Source: an archaeon
GTDB lineage: Archaea > Nanobdellota > Nanobdellia > Woesearchaeales > UBA9642
Direction of reading: 5' to 3'
Assembly: GCA_043806035.1 (NCBI GenBank)
Contig: JAZDHK010000001.1
Span: forward strand, 70,138-134,137
DNA length: 64,000 bases
In this document: one piece after another, positions 18,075 through 28,387 of the stretch
Layout of the letters: every line of letters starts with the position of its first letter
How positions within the stretch are numbered: the stretch's first letter is position 1
Notes under the pieces: generated by a model
What the model saw: the letters and a program-made list of their open reading frames with translations, nothing else
The model's database searches: none
Told to the model about the DNA's origin: nothing
Program-made: the position numbers and the translations under genes

Positions 18075-18987
18075 GGCTGAGTGGGATGAAGCCCGCTTTC
18101 TGTGCTATCTGCTGGCCTTCCGCACTGAGCGAGAACAGCAAGAATGCTTTTGCCGCGTCCTTTGTCACGTACAGATTGAGTGACCGCGAGACAGGATACG
18201 TGTCATGCTTTGTTGGATCAAGCGGGCTCAGATACGGGTCCGTGCTCGTTTTTGCTACCTTGATGACATGGATGCCTGACACTTGCTGGCCATTCTCATC
18301 TGCTGCATATCCTAACCCCACGTAGCCAATGCCTGTCGTGTCTTGGCGCACTGCGTCGACGATTGCCTGGTTGCCTTCCATATTTCTCATGTTTTGGCTG
18401 TAATCGCTTTTTACCACATCTTCCATGAAGAATGCATACGTGCCTGAACTGCTCTGTCTGCCATAGAGCGTTATTTTCTTGTCCATGCCACCAACGGCCT
18501 TCCAGTTAGTGATATCTCCCTTGTAGATCTTGCTAATCTGATCCATGGTGAGCTGCTGGACGGGATTGTCTTTATGGACTATGACAGAGAGCATATCCCG
18601 TGCAATCATGACTTGGCTGATGCTTATTCCCTTCTGCTTAGCAGTAGCGTATTCTTCATCTTTCATGAGCCGAGAGCTCGTCGCTATGCGAATCTCGTCG
18701 TTCAGCAAGGCCGCGATGCCCGTCCCCGACCCTCCTCCAGTGACGCTAATCTTCACTAATGGATCCTTTGCAGAATAGGCTTCAGCAAGGTTGCTGACAA
18801 GCTGTAGTAACGTATCTGACCCCTTAATGGTTATTTCTGTTGTGGCATGCTTTTGTATCTGAGCAACAGGCTGTGCGGCCGGCGTTTTTACGACGACTTG
18901 CCCTGTGGTTGCTGGTTGTGTTGTGCATGCAAGCAGACCTGCAGAAAGGACAACCAGTACAATAACAAACATGGCAGTACATTTCAT
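18028..18987 (-). CDS. pstS: Phosphate-binding protein (lipoprotein-like)
   Basis: LLAC lipobox-like motif, KGSDT, GGGSGTG, GRQSSSGT, GIGYV. Confidence 0.95.
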   Translation of the reverse strand: MKCTAMFVIVLVVLSAGLLACTTQPATTGQVVVKTPAAQPVAQIQKHATTEITIKGSDTLLQLVSNLAEAYSAKDPLVKISVTGGGSGTGIAALLNDEIRIATSSRLMKDEEYATAKQKGISISQVMIARDMLSVIVHKDNPVQQLTMDQISKIYKGDITNWKAVGGMDKKITLYGRQSSSGTYAFFMEDVVKSDYSQNMRNMEGNQAIVDAVRQDTTGIGYVGLGYAADENGQQVSGIHVIKVAKTSTDPYLSPLDPTKHDTYPVSRSLNLYVTKDAAKAFLLFSLSAEGQQIAQKAGFIPLSHEDIRKNVAVVESLG

Positions 18988-19118
18988 ACATCTCACCTCT
19001 GACACGTTGTGTCTGATGAAGTGGCCGTATTGGATTATATATTGCTATTCTACATAAACTATATAGTCAACAAAAAATTTATATATGACTGGTGTTGGAC
19101 AAAGCCAAGAGGTGTAAC

Positions 19119-20054
19119 GTGAACCGTAGACGCATTCAACTCATAGCCGGCACAACATACACGCTGTCCTTGCCGAAAGAATGGGTGAGACGCAACAAGC
19201 TCAAGGAGCAAGATGAGATTCTCATCGACGAGCGTGGTGACGGAACGCTCGTGCTCTTGCCGCACAGCAAGGAGAAGAGAACAGGAACAGATATCACGTT
19301 CCAAATCGATGATTTCCTGGATAGCATAGAGCAAGTCCTGTTCAGTTTCTACCATCTTGGCTTCGAAACAATCACACTCTGGTCAAAAAAAGAGATGCCC
19401 AAAGCAACACGTGCACTTATCCGAAAGTCCATAACCTACATGAGCGGAACGGAAATTGTCCACGAAGACGAGAAGAAAATCATTATCAAGATTCTCCTTG
19501 ATAAAAATCGCATCGATTTGACGCAAGTGCTCTATCGAATGGGACTCATCCTGCAGAACAGCGCAGCGCAACTTATTGGAGAGATTGCTATTGCCGACAT
19601 CAGGATTGGCGAGCAGGAAATCGATAGACTCTATCATCTGAACGCCAAAGTCCTCAGCCTTGCGCTTCAGGACAATACACTGCTGAGCACGGCGCGCATC
19701 CAGCATCTCGGGCTCATCCTTCTCTACAGCCTCATCAACAAGAAGCTGGAGAATATCGGTGATGTAATCAGTAGGCTTGCAGAATATCTTCACGACCACA
19801 AACTGCATCTTGAACAAAAAAAGGACGTGCAGTTTATAATGGCAGAATTGGACAGGTCACTCAAGCACGTACATAGTCCATTCCTCATGATGAGCAAGGA
19901 TGTTATTTTGGGATTGAAAGAAAAGCTGCCGGAGTGCAAAGACACAACAATCCGATACCATCTCTCGACGCTGCTAAGATATGTCATTGATGTCCAGGAA
20001 GAGATGGTCAGCGTCAGTTTCCACCAAAAGCTTATTCATGAAAAGATCATTTGA
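19119..20054 (+). CDS. phoU: Archaeal AbrB-PhoU phosphate uptake regulator
   Basis: RRIQLIAGTTYTLSLPKEWV AbrB domain; EIDRLY and LENIGD PhoU motifs; divergent from pstS. Confidence 0.85.
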   Translation: MNRRRIQLIAGTTYTLSLPKEWVRRNKLKEQDEILIDERGDGTLVLLPHSKEKRTGTDITFQIDDFLDSIEQVLFSFYHLGFETITLWSKKEMPKATRALIRKSITYMSGTEIVHEDEKKIIIKILLDKNRIDLTQVLYRMGLILQNSAAQLIGEIAIADIRIGEQEIDRLYHLNAKVLSLALQDNTLLSTARIQHLGLILLYSLINKKLENIGDVISRLAEYLHDHKLHLEQKKDVQFIMAELDRSLKHVHSPFLMMSKDVILGLKEKLPECKDTTIRYHLSTLLRYVIDVQEEMVSVSFHQKLIHEKII

Positions 20055-20062
20055 TGCCAAAA

Positions 20063-20080
20063 AGTTACTTTTTAGTGGTG
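20063..20080. promoter_or_regulatory. Recurring 18-bp palindrome upstream of the Rhs-core gene promoter
   Basis: AGTTACT-TTTT-AGTGGTG, 14 bp before TTTATA. Confidence 0.55.
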
Positions 20081-20140
20081 AAAACAAAAACCTTTTTATA
20101 GCTGCAGTGCATATCCTTCCTTTGCGGGGGAAGTGATGGA

Positions 20141-22294
20141 GTGAGAAACTCTACAAGAAACGTGCTGCTGTCATTTATTCTAGGTATGCTGCTTCTCTCC
20201 ACACTCGTCCTTGCGGCGAAAGAAAAAACCACACCTTCCAAGCAAGATCTTGATGTATCACTTCAAGAAAAAAACATCATCGCTGAACTCCCTACTGATA
20301 TCGTCGCGCCCACGATTAATTGCAGCAACATAACCAACAATCCTGCTGCCAATGAGACGACAAACACGACCAACTGCACTGCACTCGCTCCTGACACCTC
20401 AGAAAACAATACCGCCTTGCCCGATCCAGAATGGGAAATGACTGTAGACGATGATGCGACTGCTCCTGCAGCAAGCACAGAATCAGTTGCAGACATCGCT
20501 CTTGCTGTTGAAGAACTTCCTGAAGAGAACAGCACTCCAGAACCAACGCTCTCTGATGCCATTCTTCCAGAACCTGCACTGTTAACTGTTCCTGAAGAAA
20601 CAATCCTGGCTGAGAACACATCAGAGAATATGACCGAGGCCACGACGGAGAATATAACGGAGGATACAGTGCAAGAACCCGCGATTATCATGAGTGTGCC
20701 GCATCCTCTCTCTCTGCAAGGAGAGCGCCAAGAACTCGAGATTGTCTTCACGTTCGCTAATGTGCTCAACAGAACCGATACCTTCATGTCCGGACCGTAC
20801 ACCATTCCGGGCGATGCCGTGCAGAGGAATATAGGGCCCGTGCCGCTACCCTTAGCAAAAGAAAATCCTGCAATCGAAGAGTCTGCAGCAACTGATTTGA
20901 AGGCGGGTGCAACATCCGAACCACAGGCAACTGCACAACAAGTTGATATGCGTGCACGTCGCAACATAGGCCCCAGGACAATCATGCTCAGCACGTACGA
21001 CGTCCAGCGCGCACTGCCAGAACAGCCAGAAACCTTCACCAGATATCTCGTCAACATCACCTGTGCCCCTGACGTGTGCAGCTTCAGCGTCCCGGTGAGC
21101 GAGAACGGCATCTTCAAAGTCCTAGCATACGATGCGCAAGGCATGCTCCTTCTCGAGGACTCCTTCTCAGTCGAGATAGGACTGCAACGTACAAAACAAT
21201 ATCTTGCCTACGGCAACAACCGCATTATCGCAGAAGACAATCAGGGCACAGTCCAGTATCATCACCAGGACAATCTCGGCAGCACCGTGCTCATCACCAA
21301 TGCTTCAGGAGAAATGGTTGCCGAGTTCAGCTACGGCCCGTTCGGCGAGCCGCTCGTCGACCCTGCGCAATTCGCGTATACGGAGAAGGAATATGACGCT
21401 TCAGGACTCTTCTATTATGGTGCTCGCTACTACGATGCGGACATTGGCAGGTTCACGACGGCGGATACGTTCAAGGGAAGGACGACAGAGCCAGCCAGCC
21501 TCAATAGGTATGTCTACGTGCAGAATAATCCGCTTGTGCTCTCGGATCCTACCGGGCATGAAGGTGAGCATACGACGCAACAGCCGGTAAGCACGCGTGT
21601 TGATACGTCAGTTGATTATGCGCGGATGCAGCGACTGGCAGAGAAGCAGCTCAAGAAGCTGCAGCAACAGGCGTATGAGAATGCACTGGCACTGGCGCAG
21701 CAGACGCCGACAGGAGTGAGATTCGTCCCCAATGAAGAGGGATTGGTACAGGAGACTATTATTGAGGATGCCATTGCAGCGTTTGCCACCGGAGGAGGAT
21801 CCGTGGCTGGAAAGGGTATACTGGGTGCCAGCATCAAATCGACGGGGCGGGCAGGACTGTCTAAGACAATCTATGAAAAAGGACCTCTCCTGGCGAAATA
21901 TGGCAGAGGGGGCTTCAAAGTGCAAGCCACGACGAGGAGTGGGTTCGAAACGGCCCTTACCTTGGGCAATGACGTCTCTCTTGGTTTATCCCAACGGATT
22001 TCTATTCCTCTCTCTTCCACGAAGAGTTTGGAACTACGGGAGAGCGTCAGCGTACCAGTCTGGTCCTCATCGACAAATAGGCCTAGTGGAACGTACTACA
22101 CGCTGAAGTCGGACATTGCTATTGTGCCGGGCTTGTCTCTTGAGCAGTATGCACAGGTTACGCAAGAACTGCAGCAGGCGCAACAACAACAGTTCATCAA
22201 GGAAATGGACGCTCGCGTGCAACAATACAAATGGGCAGCTCCGTCGACAGGGGGGTACAACCCACCCGCACCTGTTCCGCGTTGGCACTTGTGA
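20141..22294 (+). CDS. Secreted protein: acidic stalk, Rhs-associated core with DPxG, and C-terminal payload domain
   Basis: Signal peptide; Glu/Pro/Thr-rich region with many N-x-S/T sequons; YHHQDNLGS, YGPFGE, YYGARYYDADIGRF, NNPLVLSDPTG. Confidence 0.9.
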   Translation: MRNSTRNVLLSFILGMLLLSTLVLAAKEKTTPSKQDLDVSLQEKNIIAELPTDIVAPTINCSNITNNPAANETTNTTNCTALAPDTSENNTALPDPEWEMTVDDDATAPAASTESVADIALAVEELPEENSTPEPTLSDAILPEPALLTVPEETILAENTSENMTEATTENITEDTVQEPAIIMSVPHPLSLQGERQELEIVFTFANVLNRTDTFMSGPYTIPGDAVQRNIGPVPLPLAKENPAIEESAATDLKAGATSEPQATAQQVDMRARRNIGPRTIMLSTYDVQRALPEQPETFTRYLVNITCAPDVCSFSVPVSENGIFKVLAYDAQGMLLLEDSFSVEIGLQRTKQYLAYGNNRIIAEDNQGTVQYHHQDNLGSTVLITNASGEMVAEFSYGPFGEPLVDPAQFAYTEKEYDASGLFYYGARYYDADIGRFTTADTFKGRTTEPASLNRYVYVQNNPLVLSDPTGHEGEHTTQQPVSTRVDTSVDYARMQRLAEKQLKKLQQQAYENALALAQQTPTGVRFVPNEEGLVQETIIEDAIAAFATGGGSVAGKGILGASIKSTGRAGLSKTIYEKGPLLAKYGRGGFKVQATTRSGFETALTLGNDVSLGLSQRISIPLSSTKSLELRESVSVPVWSSSTNRPSGTYYTLKSDIAIVPGLSLEQYAQVTQELQQAQQQQFIKEMDARVQQYKWAAPSTGGYNPPAPVPRWHL

Positions 22295-22382
22295 TAGCAG
22301 TTTACTTGTAGACAGCAATCGTTCAAGCGGAGTCTACCGTCTGTGTTGGCAGGTAACTTTATGATATAGAATTTTATAGAAT

Positions 22383-23276
22383 TTATTTGTAGAACTTGTC
22401 TACCCTGCTTTCTAAGCCAAACTGTCCTAGCTCGTTGATCTGACTGATGACGTCGAGCGTCGGCCGATGCGGCGTCTTTGCTCGTTCCATATCGTCCAAG
22501 AAGTAGGAAAGCGTATTCCTGAGCATATCGGCACCTGTTGTGTCATAGAAGTTCAGTCCTGCGACAGCGACGTTCAAATCCGCTAGGTATTGCGGGATAC
22601 TCTCGTATGGATTGGAGAGTTGCTTCTTTTCTCTCGACCAGAGGTCGAGGAATCGCTGGTTGCCTGCAAACAAGTGATCAATGCTCGTCTGGGATGGATT
22701 CGGATAGAGTGGGAGGTGGTTCTGCTCGGCGAGTGATTGCACGTACGGCAGCCAGCGTTGGTTGAGTTCTTGGTCATAGACATCGCTTTCATGTGGGTTG
22801 GCGAGCCATGCCTTGAACGCGCTGTCGGAAAGCGAGATGATAGGTTTTCTCTGTTCTTGTGTTATCCATTGTTCTAGCGTTTGATTGAGATAGTTTTCGT
22901 TGCGAGATTCGATGTCATATCTGAATTCCTTCGTGCTGAGCAACAGTTCCTTAAGCTGGCTAAGATAGTGTGTGCTGGCGTCTGCTCCTTTGATGGCGTT
23001 CGAGGCGCTAGCGTATCGTGCAAGCAACTGTTCGATGTGGTTGTTCTCCTGTACCGATCGCGCATAACCCGTCGTGTCTGGCCTGATTGTCGTGTCAAGC
23101 GTACTCGTATCCTGCCGCGTATGACCTGTCATGTCCGATGTGATTTCTGTTTCTTGCTTTGCAGATGTGTGTGGAGTGGCAGAGCAACTCGAATAGAAGA
23201 GAGGAATTAACGCAGCAAGTATCGTTGGCTTGAGTAGTATTTTGCCAAGCAATCGTAACCCATCTGATGCGGTCAT
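22383..23276 (-). CDS. Hypothetical exported or lipoprotein-like protein (candidate immunity or accessory factor)
   Basis: Hydrophobic N-terminus ending SSC; own BRE/TATA; lies inside the Rhs locus. Confidence 0.65.
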   Translation of the reverse strand: MTASDGLRLLGKILLKPTILAALIPLFYSSCSATPHTSAKQETEITSDMTGHTRQDTSTLDTTIRPDTTGYARSVQENNHIEQLLARYASASNAIKGADASTHYLSQLKELLLSTKEFRYDIESRNENYLNQTLEQWITQEQRKPIISLSDSAFKAWLANPHESDVYDQELNQRWLPYVQSLAEQNHLPLYPNPSQTSIDHLFAGNQRFLDLWSREKKQLSNPYESIPQYLADLNVAVAGLNFYDTTGADMLRNTLSYFLDDMERAKTPHRPTLDVISQINELGQFGLESRVDKFYK

Positions 23277-23318
23277 GATGTGGAGGATGCCTTTCTGATT
23301 TATAAATGTTTCTATCAT

Positions 23319-23336
23319 TACTACTCAAAAATGGTT
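23319..23336. promoter_or_regulatory. Recurring 18-bp palindrome
   Basis: TACTACT-CAAA-AATGGTT, 12 bp upstream of minus-strand TTTATA. Confidence 0.55.
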
Positions 23337-23506
23337 AATTATTTTATTGCTGCAAACGGCATGCAAAAACAAGATCTTGCCAATTTCTCGACGATAAAAT
23401 GAACCTGAAGAAGATGCACATCACAAAACGGAACAAGAATACAGATTCGTTTTGCAAATATTTAAATACGTAGCAGCTATTTTCTCCTCGGGGGAAGGTG
23501 TAGGCA

Positions 23507-26500
23507 GTGACGAACAAAACGAACATTGCAATAACCTATATGCTCACTATATTGATTCTTATTCTCCTGCCCTCCGCTCTCGCTGAAGGCGAATATCATC
23601 AAACTATCAACTTGCAGCAACAGTTCGGCGACCAGAGCAAAGCAGCCACCGCATATGGTGTGGTAAGCGATGATGTCGACCTCTTCACGGGCGACGTGCG
23701 CTTCAGCATGCCAATCATCTCCTTGCCAGGCAGGAATGGCATGGACCTCGGTTTCAGCGTGGCGTATAGCTCGAACGTCGATACCACCAGATCGAACGCC
23801 GAATCCCCGACGGGTGTCCTTGGCCTGGGATGGAGTCTTCCCCTCTCCACTATCACCGTAGACACCAAGGGAACAGGCTCCAACACGGATGATACGTTCT
23901 ACTGGAACGGCCAAGAATTGATTCCCTTCCCCAATCAAGGCGCGTATCCGACCACGTTCTACACATCGAGAGACTACACGTACAAGGTCATCACTGCAGT
24001 CTGGTCTGAACCCAAGATCGACCACTGGATCATCACGAACGAGGACGGCAGCAAGGAATATTATGGCAGCACGGACAACTCACGCTGGATAGCACTCGGC
24101 GAAGACAACGTGATCGGCGTCGGCGACACGAACTACTACACGGGCTGGTATCTCGACAAGCGCGAGGACACGTTCGGCAATAGGATAACCTACGACTACC
24201 GGAAGTATGAGACAGAATATCCCTCCCATCCAAATGTGGCGAACGCGAATGGCTACGCCCTGTACGGCAGCAGCCAGCGCTACACCAAGGCGATGTACCT
24301 CTATCACATCAATGACAGCGTCGGAAGAACAGTCACGTTTACCTACGCGCTCAAGAACCCGACAGAGTACTATGACCCCGACTCGACGTATACGACAATC
24401 GGCGATACCGTTGTCCACCACCGCATGAAGCGCTTCGAGCGACTGTATCTCGACTATATAGATGTACAGACGACCGATGGCTCTCTGCTCAACAGGTATG
24501 ATTTTGGCTATAACGAGGACGTCAACGGACTTGCACAACATATCGCTCAAGACACACAGCTCGAGAAACGTCTGCTCACCTCGGTCACCATCTATGATGA
24601 TAGCCTCAGCACCCATCTCAATCCGACAAAGTTCCAGTATGTCACGGACATGACATTCTTCCGCGTCGGCGTGTTCGGCAAGATACAGAAAGTCCTGTAT
24701 CCGAGCGGCGGCATGGTCGAGTACACATATGACAGAAATGACATGAACTATGACATGCGCCAGTATATGATAAGTTATGGTACGCAGATGACGTACGTCG
24801 GCAACGACTTCATCGTGAACAAGGACGTGGATGCGATGAGCATCCGCATCAAAGACTTCAAGGGGGACACGTGGAAGGATGCACCTCTCGATACGTGGTT
24901 CGACTTCGGATCGTATCCCTATACGAACCAACCCCAGCAATATCGGACGGAAGTCATGGATATTTCAACAGGTAAGGATTATGTTGCAGTCGCGTACGGA
25001 AACACCCTCCGCAACCAGCCAGCTTCTGACAACAGACAGTACGATCCGAAGAGAGACAAGCTCAAGATCATCCAACGCGGGCTCGATGGCGTGTGGCGAG
25101 TTGCTCTGTCCAATACATTTACCGTTGATAACACACCGACAGGAACGGGCGCCATCCAGGTCTTTCCGCTCACGGACGAAGTGCTCGTGCTCTCAGGTTC
25201 TGATTCCTCGAAGACGCTCAAGGTCTTTAGGAGAAACAGCCAACTTTCCTGGTCACAGGCGCAGCAGATCACTGGACTGCCGTCGGACATCAAGAGTATC
25301 CAGGTCAGAGACTCATATATTTTCATCATAGGAGCACCATTCCCAGGATCCGATTACAACGTCTACTTCTACCAGAAAGACGAATCGGGAACGTGGAACC
25401 AGCTCAGTTGCGGATCTACAGGACCAGTCTATCAGTACAATCATTTCAATTATGGCACTGGCGGATACACTGCAGGATGTTATTTCCAGAATCCACAAAG
25501 CCAAGGCTTTGAAGATTTCTCCGTTGTGGCCAACGACAATTATGTCGCAGTCTTGGTGTCGCATCGCATCCAGTCAATGACAGGACTGGCAGCACGTCTC
25601 TATAGATTCCCTGCAGGATGGACGACTCATGCGAATCTTGTCGTCTGGAGGAGAGTAGGAAACGAATGGCAGGTGCAAGTCAATCCGACCAGCGAAAGCC
25701 AGCTGCGGCAGCCGCTCTCTGGAAGGTCAGACTATGCATCGGCAGTCACATTCCAAGGCTACTTCATGGCGGGCGATGACACCCAACTCTTCATCGGCAA
25801 CAAGATCATGTACAACGCCGCCCAGCGATTGCTGCGATACACGCCGCAATGCAATGCGAACGGACAATGCACAGGATGGACATCTGCTACCATCCCTCTC
25901 AGTTCCAACACCTGCGATGGAGGGACGGGCGACTGCGCATACCTCAATGATTTGACAGTGACTCCTGACGCTGTCGGTCTTGTCACGGAAGAACGCTCAG
26001 GCCTCGGCAATGCCACCATCGGCCTACAGATTTTCGGGCGGGATGAGTATGGCACGGGCGGCTGGGATTTCATCAACGGGCCGATTGACGGCTATCTTAT
26101 CTGGAACAACGTCCCCTCGCCTGATCCAGCGAACAATCCCGTGCAGATTGACATGCTCACCCTGCAGAGCACGAACTTACGCATTGGCGATGGCATCTTG
26201 ACCGTCAAGGCATATAGTCCGATTAATCTTGGATCTGGCCGGACGTACGAGATCATGCTCAAAGAATTCATAGACTATGATTCGTATCCTTCCTTCTGGG
26301 CACGGCCAAGCTGGGAACTCGGAGATTATAAACAAGAAGCGACCGTGACGAGTCAAAATATTGATTATCTCTACTTCTGGCATACCAAGGACACGAACCA
26401 GATGAGCAACAACATAGCATCGTTCCAGCACTATTTTGGACCAGGTGCGGATAATCCCCAATTTGGGAGGGGAGCGTTGAGCATGGTCAAATACGGGCAA

Positions 26501-28387
26501 ATACGAGGACTGATGTTCCACTATCCCGTCACGAAGAAAACAGTCAGAGACGATTACGACAATGTCATCACGACCACGTACACGTACAAGAACGGCAAGT
26601 TCGACAAGAGTCTAGGTAGCGCCCAGTACAACTATGTCGAAACCAGCGTGCAGGATGTGCTCAATCCAGACTTCAATGCAGGAAAGACCGTCTACAGATT
26701 TTACAATGGCCTCTCTCCAGGAGATGACGCCTGCGATGTCGACTGCCCAGATATGTCTTCCTTCACGTATCCTGATGAGATGAACAGCTTGCTCTACTAT
26801 CAGGCGATGTATGACAGCGACAACCAGCTCGTCCAGGAAACCAACACCACGTGGGAAGTGACGTCGAAACAGCTGAAATCGTTCGAGAAGCACCAGACGC
26901 AAACCACGACGATACGGGATCATATTGCCTCGAGCACGATTATCACGTACAACAGCCAGAACGGCATGGTCGAATCTACGCGTAATGAGAATGGCGACAA
27001 CACGGTGAAGACGTGCACGCTCTACGCGTTCCAGCACGATCCTCTACATGCAGACATCCTTGCCGCGAACATGCTGGGCTTGGTGAGCTACTCCTTCATG
27101 GGCAACCAATGGATGACCTGCGACTCGCCAGAGAATAACAAACCCAATGTCGCGAGCATGACCAAGATGACCTACCGTCATATCGACGACGAGGACTATG
27201 AACCTATCGTTCCTAGTGCTGTGCTCACATGGGCAGACCTTAACCACGATGGCAATGTTACCGGCAGCGATTTCATCACCTCGCAGATCATGCATGCGTT
27301 CGATAGCTTTGGTAACGTGCTGGACACCAGCGACGCCCTCGGCCAGCATACTTACATTTATTATGGTGACGGTGACAGCAGTGCCAGGCGCAGAAGCAAC
27401 AATCCCTCCTACAACAATTACCGGCACGCGTATCCCACTGCCGTCAAGAACGCACTCAATCACTGGGTGGAGGCGACGTACGATGTGCGCGGGAACATCC
27501 TGCAGCTGTTTGAGACGACACGTCAGGAAAATGTCCTGCAGCAGAACGTCTACGATGGCTTCAGCAGGCTCGTCAAGATCATCAAGCCAGGAGATACGCT
27601 AGATAATCCGACCATGCAGTATACGTATCACGATTGGCAGCAAGGAACAGGTCTCGAGAGCCTCCAATGGGTTCGTGTTTCGACAAAGATTGATGGCTCT
27701 ACACACGCGACCGCCACCACCTATTCCGACGGCCTGGGCAGGGAAGTTGCTGTTGTGCAAGACAACGCGTGGGAAGGCAATCAGGTTATCACGACGAAGA
27801 CGTACAACAGCATGGGTCAGGAGTTCAGCGCAACACTCCCCTCCATCATCGGCCAGACCATCCCTCCAACAGTAACGTATCTGTTCTACACGTCTGATCC
27901 TCTCCAGCGAGTGAGCATGCAACGTGTGCTCGGCTATGACGAAACGAGCTATAGCAGCCACGACATCACCATCCCCGGAGGGAGGATAATGTTCGGCACC
28001 GACAGCTGCGTCGGTTCTGTCGATCCCATCTACGGCGTGGAGGCGACGGGCAAGCTCAAGGAATACTTCTGTGACGACGTCTTCCTCAAGAGTGAGATTC
28101 ACGAGTGTGGTGACGGCCTGATGTGCGCTGAAGGGCAGTGCGTGAGCAGCATGCAGTGTACGGACAGCGACGGGACGAACTACTACACGCAAGGAGAGGT
28201 GCGGAGCGGCTTCGCCGGCCACGTCCCCAACGTCTATACGGACATCTGCAACTCACGTGGAGAGCTCGTGGAATACCGGTGCGACGGCCAGAACGTGGCG
28301 ACGACAGTAGTGAACTGCCACGAATATCCCTGCACTCACGCCGGCGAGCTTGATTTCTGCTATTGCGGAGGTGGACGATGCATATAA
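23507..28387 (+). CDS. Large secreted SpvB/TcB-like YD-repeat protein with Cys-rich C-terminus
   Basis: Signal peptide (SALA-EG); VDLFTG...LPGRNG...GLGWSL N-terminal motif; YD repeats (FDSFGNV, YDVRGNI, YDGFSRL, DGLGRE); CTDSDG Cys-rich repeats; no DPxG core. Confidence 0.85.
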   Translation: MTNKTNIAITYMLTILILILLPSALAEGEYHQTINLQQQFGDQSKAATAYGVVSDDVDLFTGDVRFSMPIISLPGRNGMDLGFSVAYSSNVDTTRSNAESPTGVLGLGWSLPLSTITVDTKGTGSNTDDTFYWNGQELIPFPNQGAYPTTFYTSRDYTYKVITAVWSEPKIDHWIITNEDGSKEYYGSTDNSRWIALGEDNVIGVGDTNYYTGWYLDKREDTFGNRITYDYRKYETEYPSHPNVANANGYALYGSSQRYTKAMYLYHINDSVGRTVTFTYALKNPTEYYDPDSTYTTIGDTVVHHRMKRFERLYLDYIDVQTTDGSLLNRYDFGYNEDVNGLAQHIAQDTQLEKRLLTSVTIYDDSLSTHLNPTKFQYVTDMTFFRVGVFGKIQKVLYPSGGMVEYTYDRNDMNYDMRQYMISYGTQMTYVGNDFIVNKDVDAMSIRIKDFKGDTWKDAPLDTWFDFGSYPYTNQPQQYRTEVMDISTGKDYVAVAYGNTLRNQPASDNRQYDPKRDKLKIIQRGLDGVWRVALSNTFTVDNTPTGTGAIQVFPLTDEVLVLSGSDSSKTLKVFRRNSQLSWSQAQQITGLPSDIKSIQVRDSYIFIIGAPFPGSDYNVYFYQKDESGTWNQLSCGSTGPVYQYNHFNYGTGGYTAGCYFQNPQSQGFEDFSVVANDNYVAVLVSHRIQSMTGLAARLYRFPAGWTTHANLVVWRRVGNEWQVQVNPTSESQLRQPLSGRSDYASAVTFQGYFMAGDDTQLFIGNKIMYNAAQRLLRYTPQCNANGQCTGWTSATIPLSSNTCDGGTGDCAYLNDLTVTPDAVGLVTEERSGLGNATIGLQIFGRDEYGTGGWDFINGPIDGYLIWNNVPSPDPANNPVQIDMLTLQSTNLRIGDGILTVKAYSPINLGSGRTYEIMLKEFIDYDSYPSFWARPSWELGDYKQEATVTSQNIDYLYFWHTKDTNQMSNNIASFQHYFGPGADNPQFGRGALSMVKYGQIRGLMFHYPVTKKTVRDDYDNVITTTYTYKNGKFDKSLGSAQYNYVETSVQDVLNPDFNAGKTVYRFYNGLSPGDDACDVDCPDMSSFTYPDEMNSLLYYQAMYDSDNQLVQETNTTWEVTSKQLKSFEKHQTQTTTIRDHIASSTIITYNSQNGMVESTRNENGDNTVKTCTLYAFQHDPLHADILAANMLGLVSYSFMGNQWMTCDSPENNKPNVASMTKMTYRHIDDEDYEPIVPSAVLTWADLNHDGNVTGSDFITSQIMHAFDSFGNVLDTSDALGQHTYIYYGDGDSSARRRSNNPSYNNYRHAYPTAVKNALNHWVEATYDVRGNILQLFETTRQENVLQQNVYDGFSRLVKIIKPGDTLDNPTMQYTYHDWQQGTGLESLQWVRVSTKIDGSTHATATTYSDGLGREVAVVQDNAWEGNQVITTKTYNSMGQEFSATLPSIIGQTIPPTVTYLFYTSDPLQRVSMQRVLGYDETSYSSHDITIPGGRIMFGTDSCVGSVDPIYGVEATGKLKEYFCDDVFLKSEIHECGDGLMCAEGQCVSSMQCTDSDGTNYYTQGEVRSGFAGHVPNVYTDICNSRGELVEYRCDGQNVATTVVNCHEYPCTHAGELDFCYCGGGRCI

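Noticed and set aside
20263-21144. 293-aa antisense ORF and similar long shadow ORFs (e.g. 24080-24940, 29761-30498, 34822-35775)
   Set aside because: They lie opposite well-supported genes, have no motifs or SD sites, and are expected from codon bias.
28363-28387. Frameshift artefact explaining the break between the two YD genes
   Set aside because: The downstream gene has its own GGAGGTGG SD and a full signal peptide, which argues for a genuine gene boundary.
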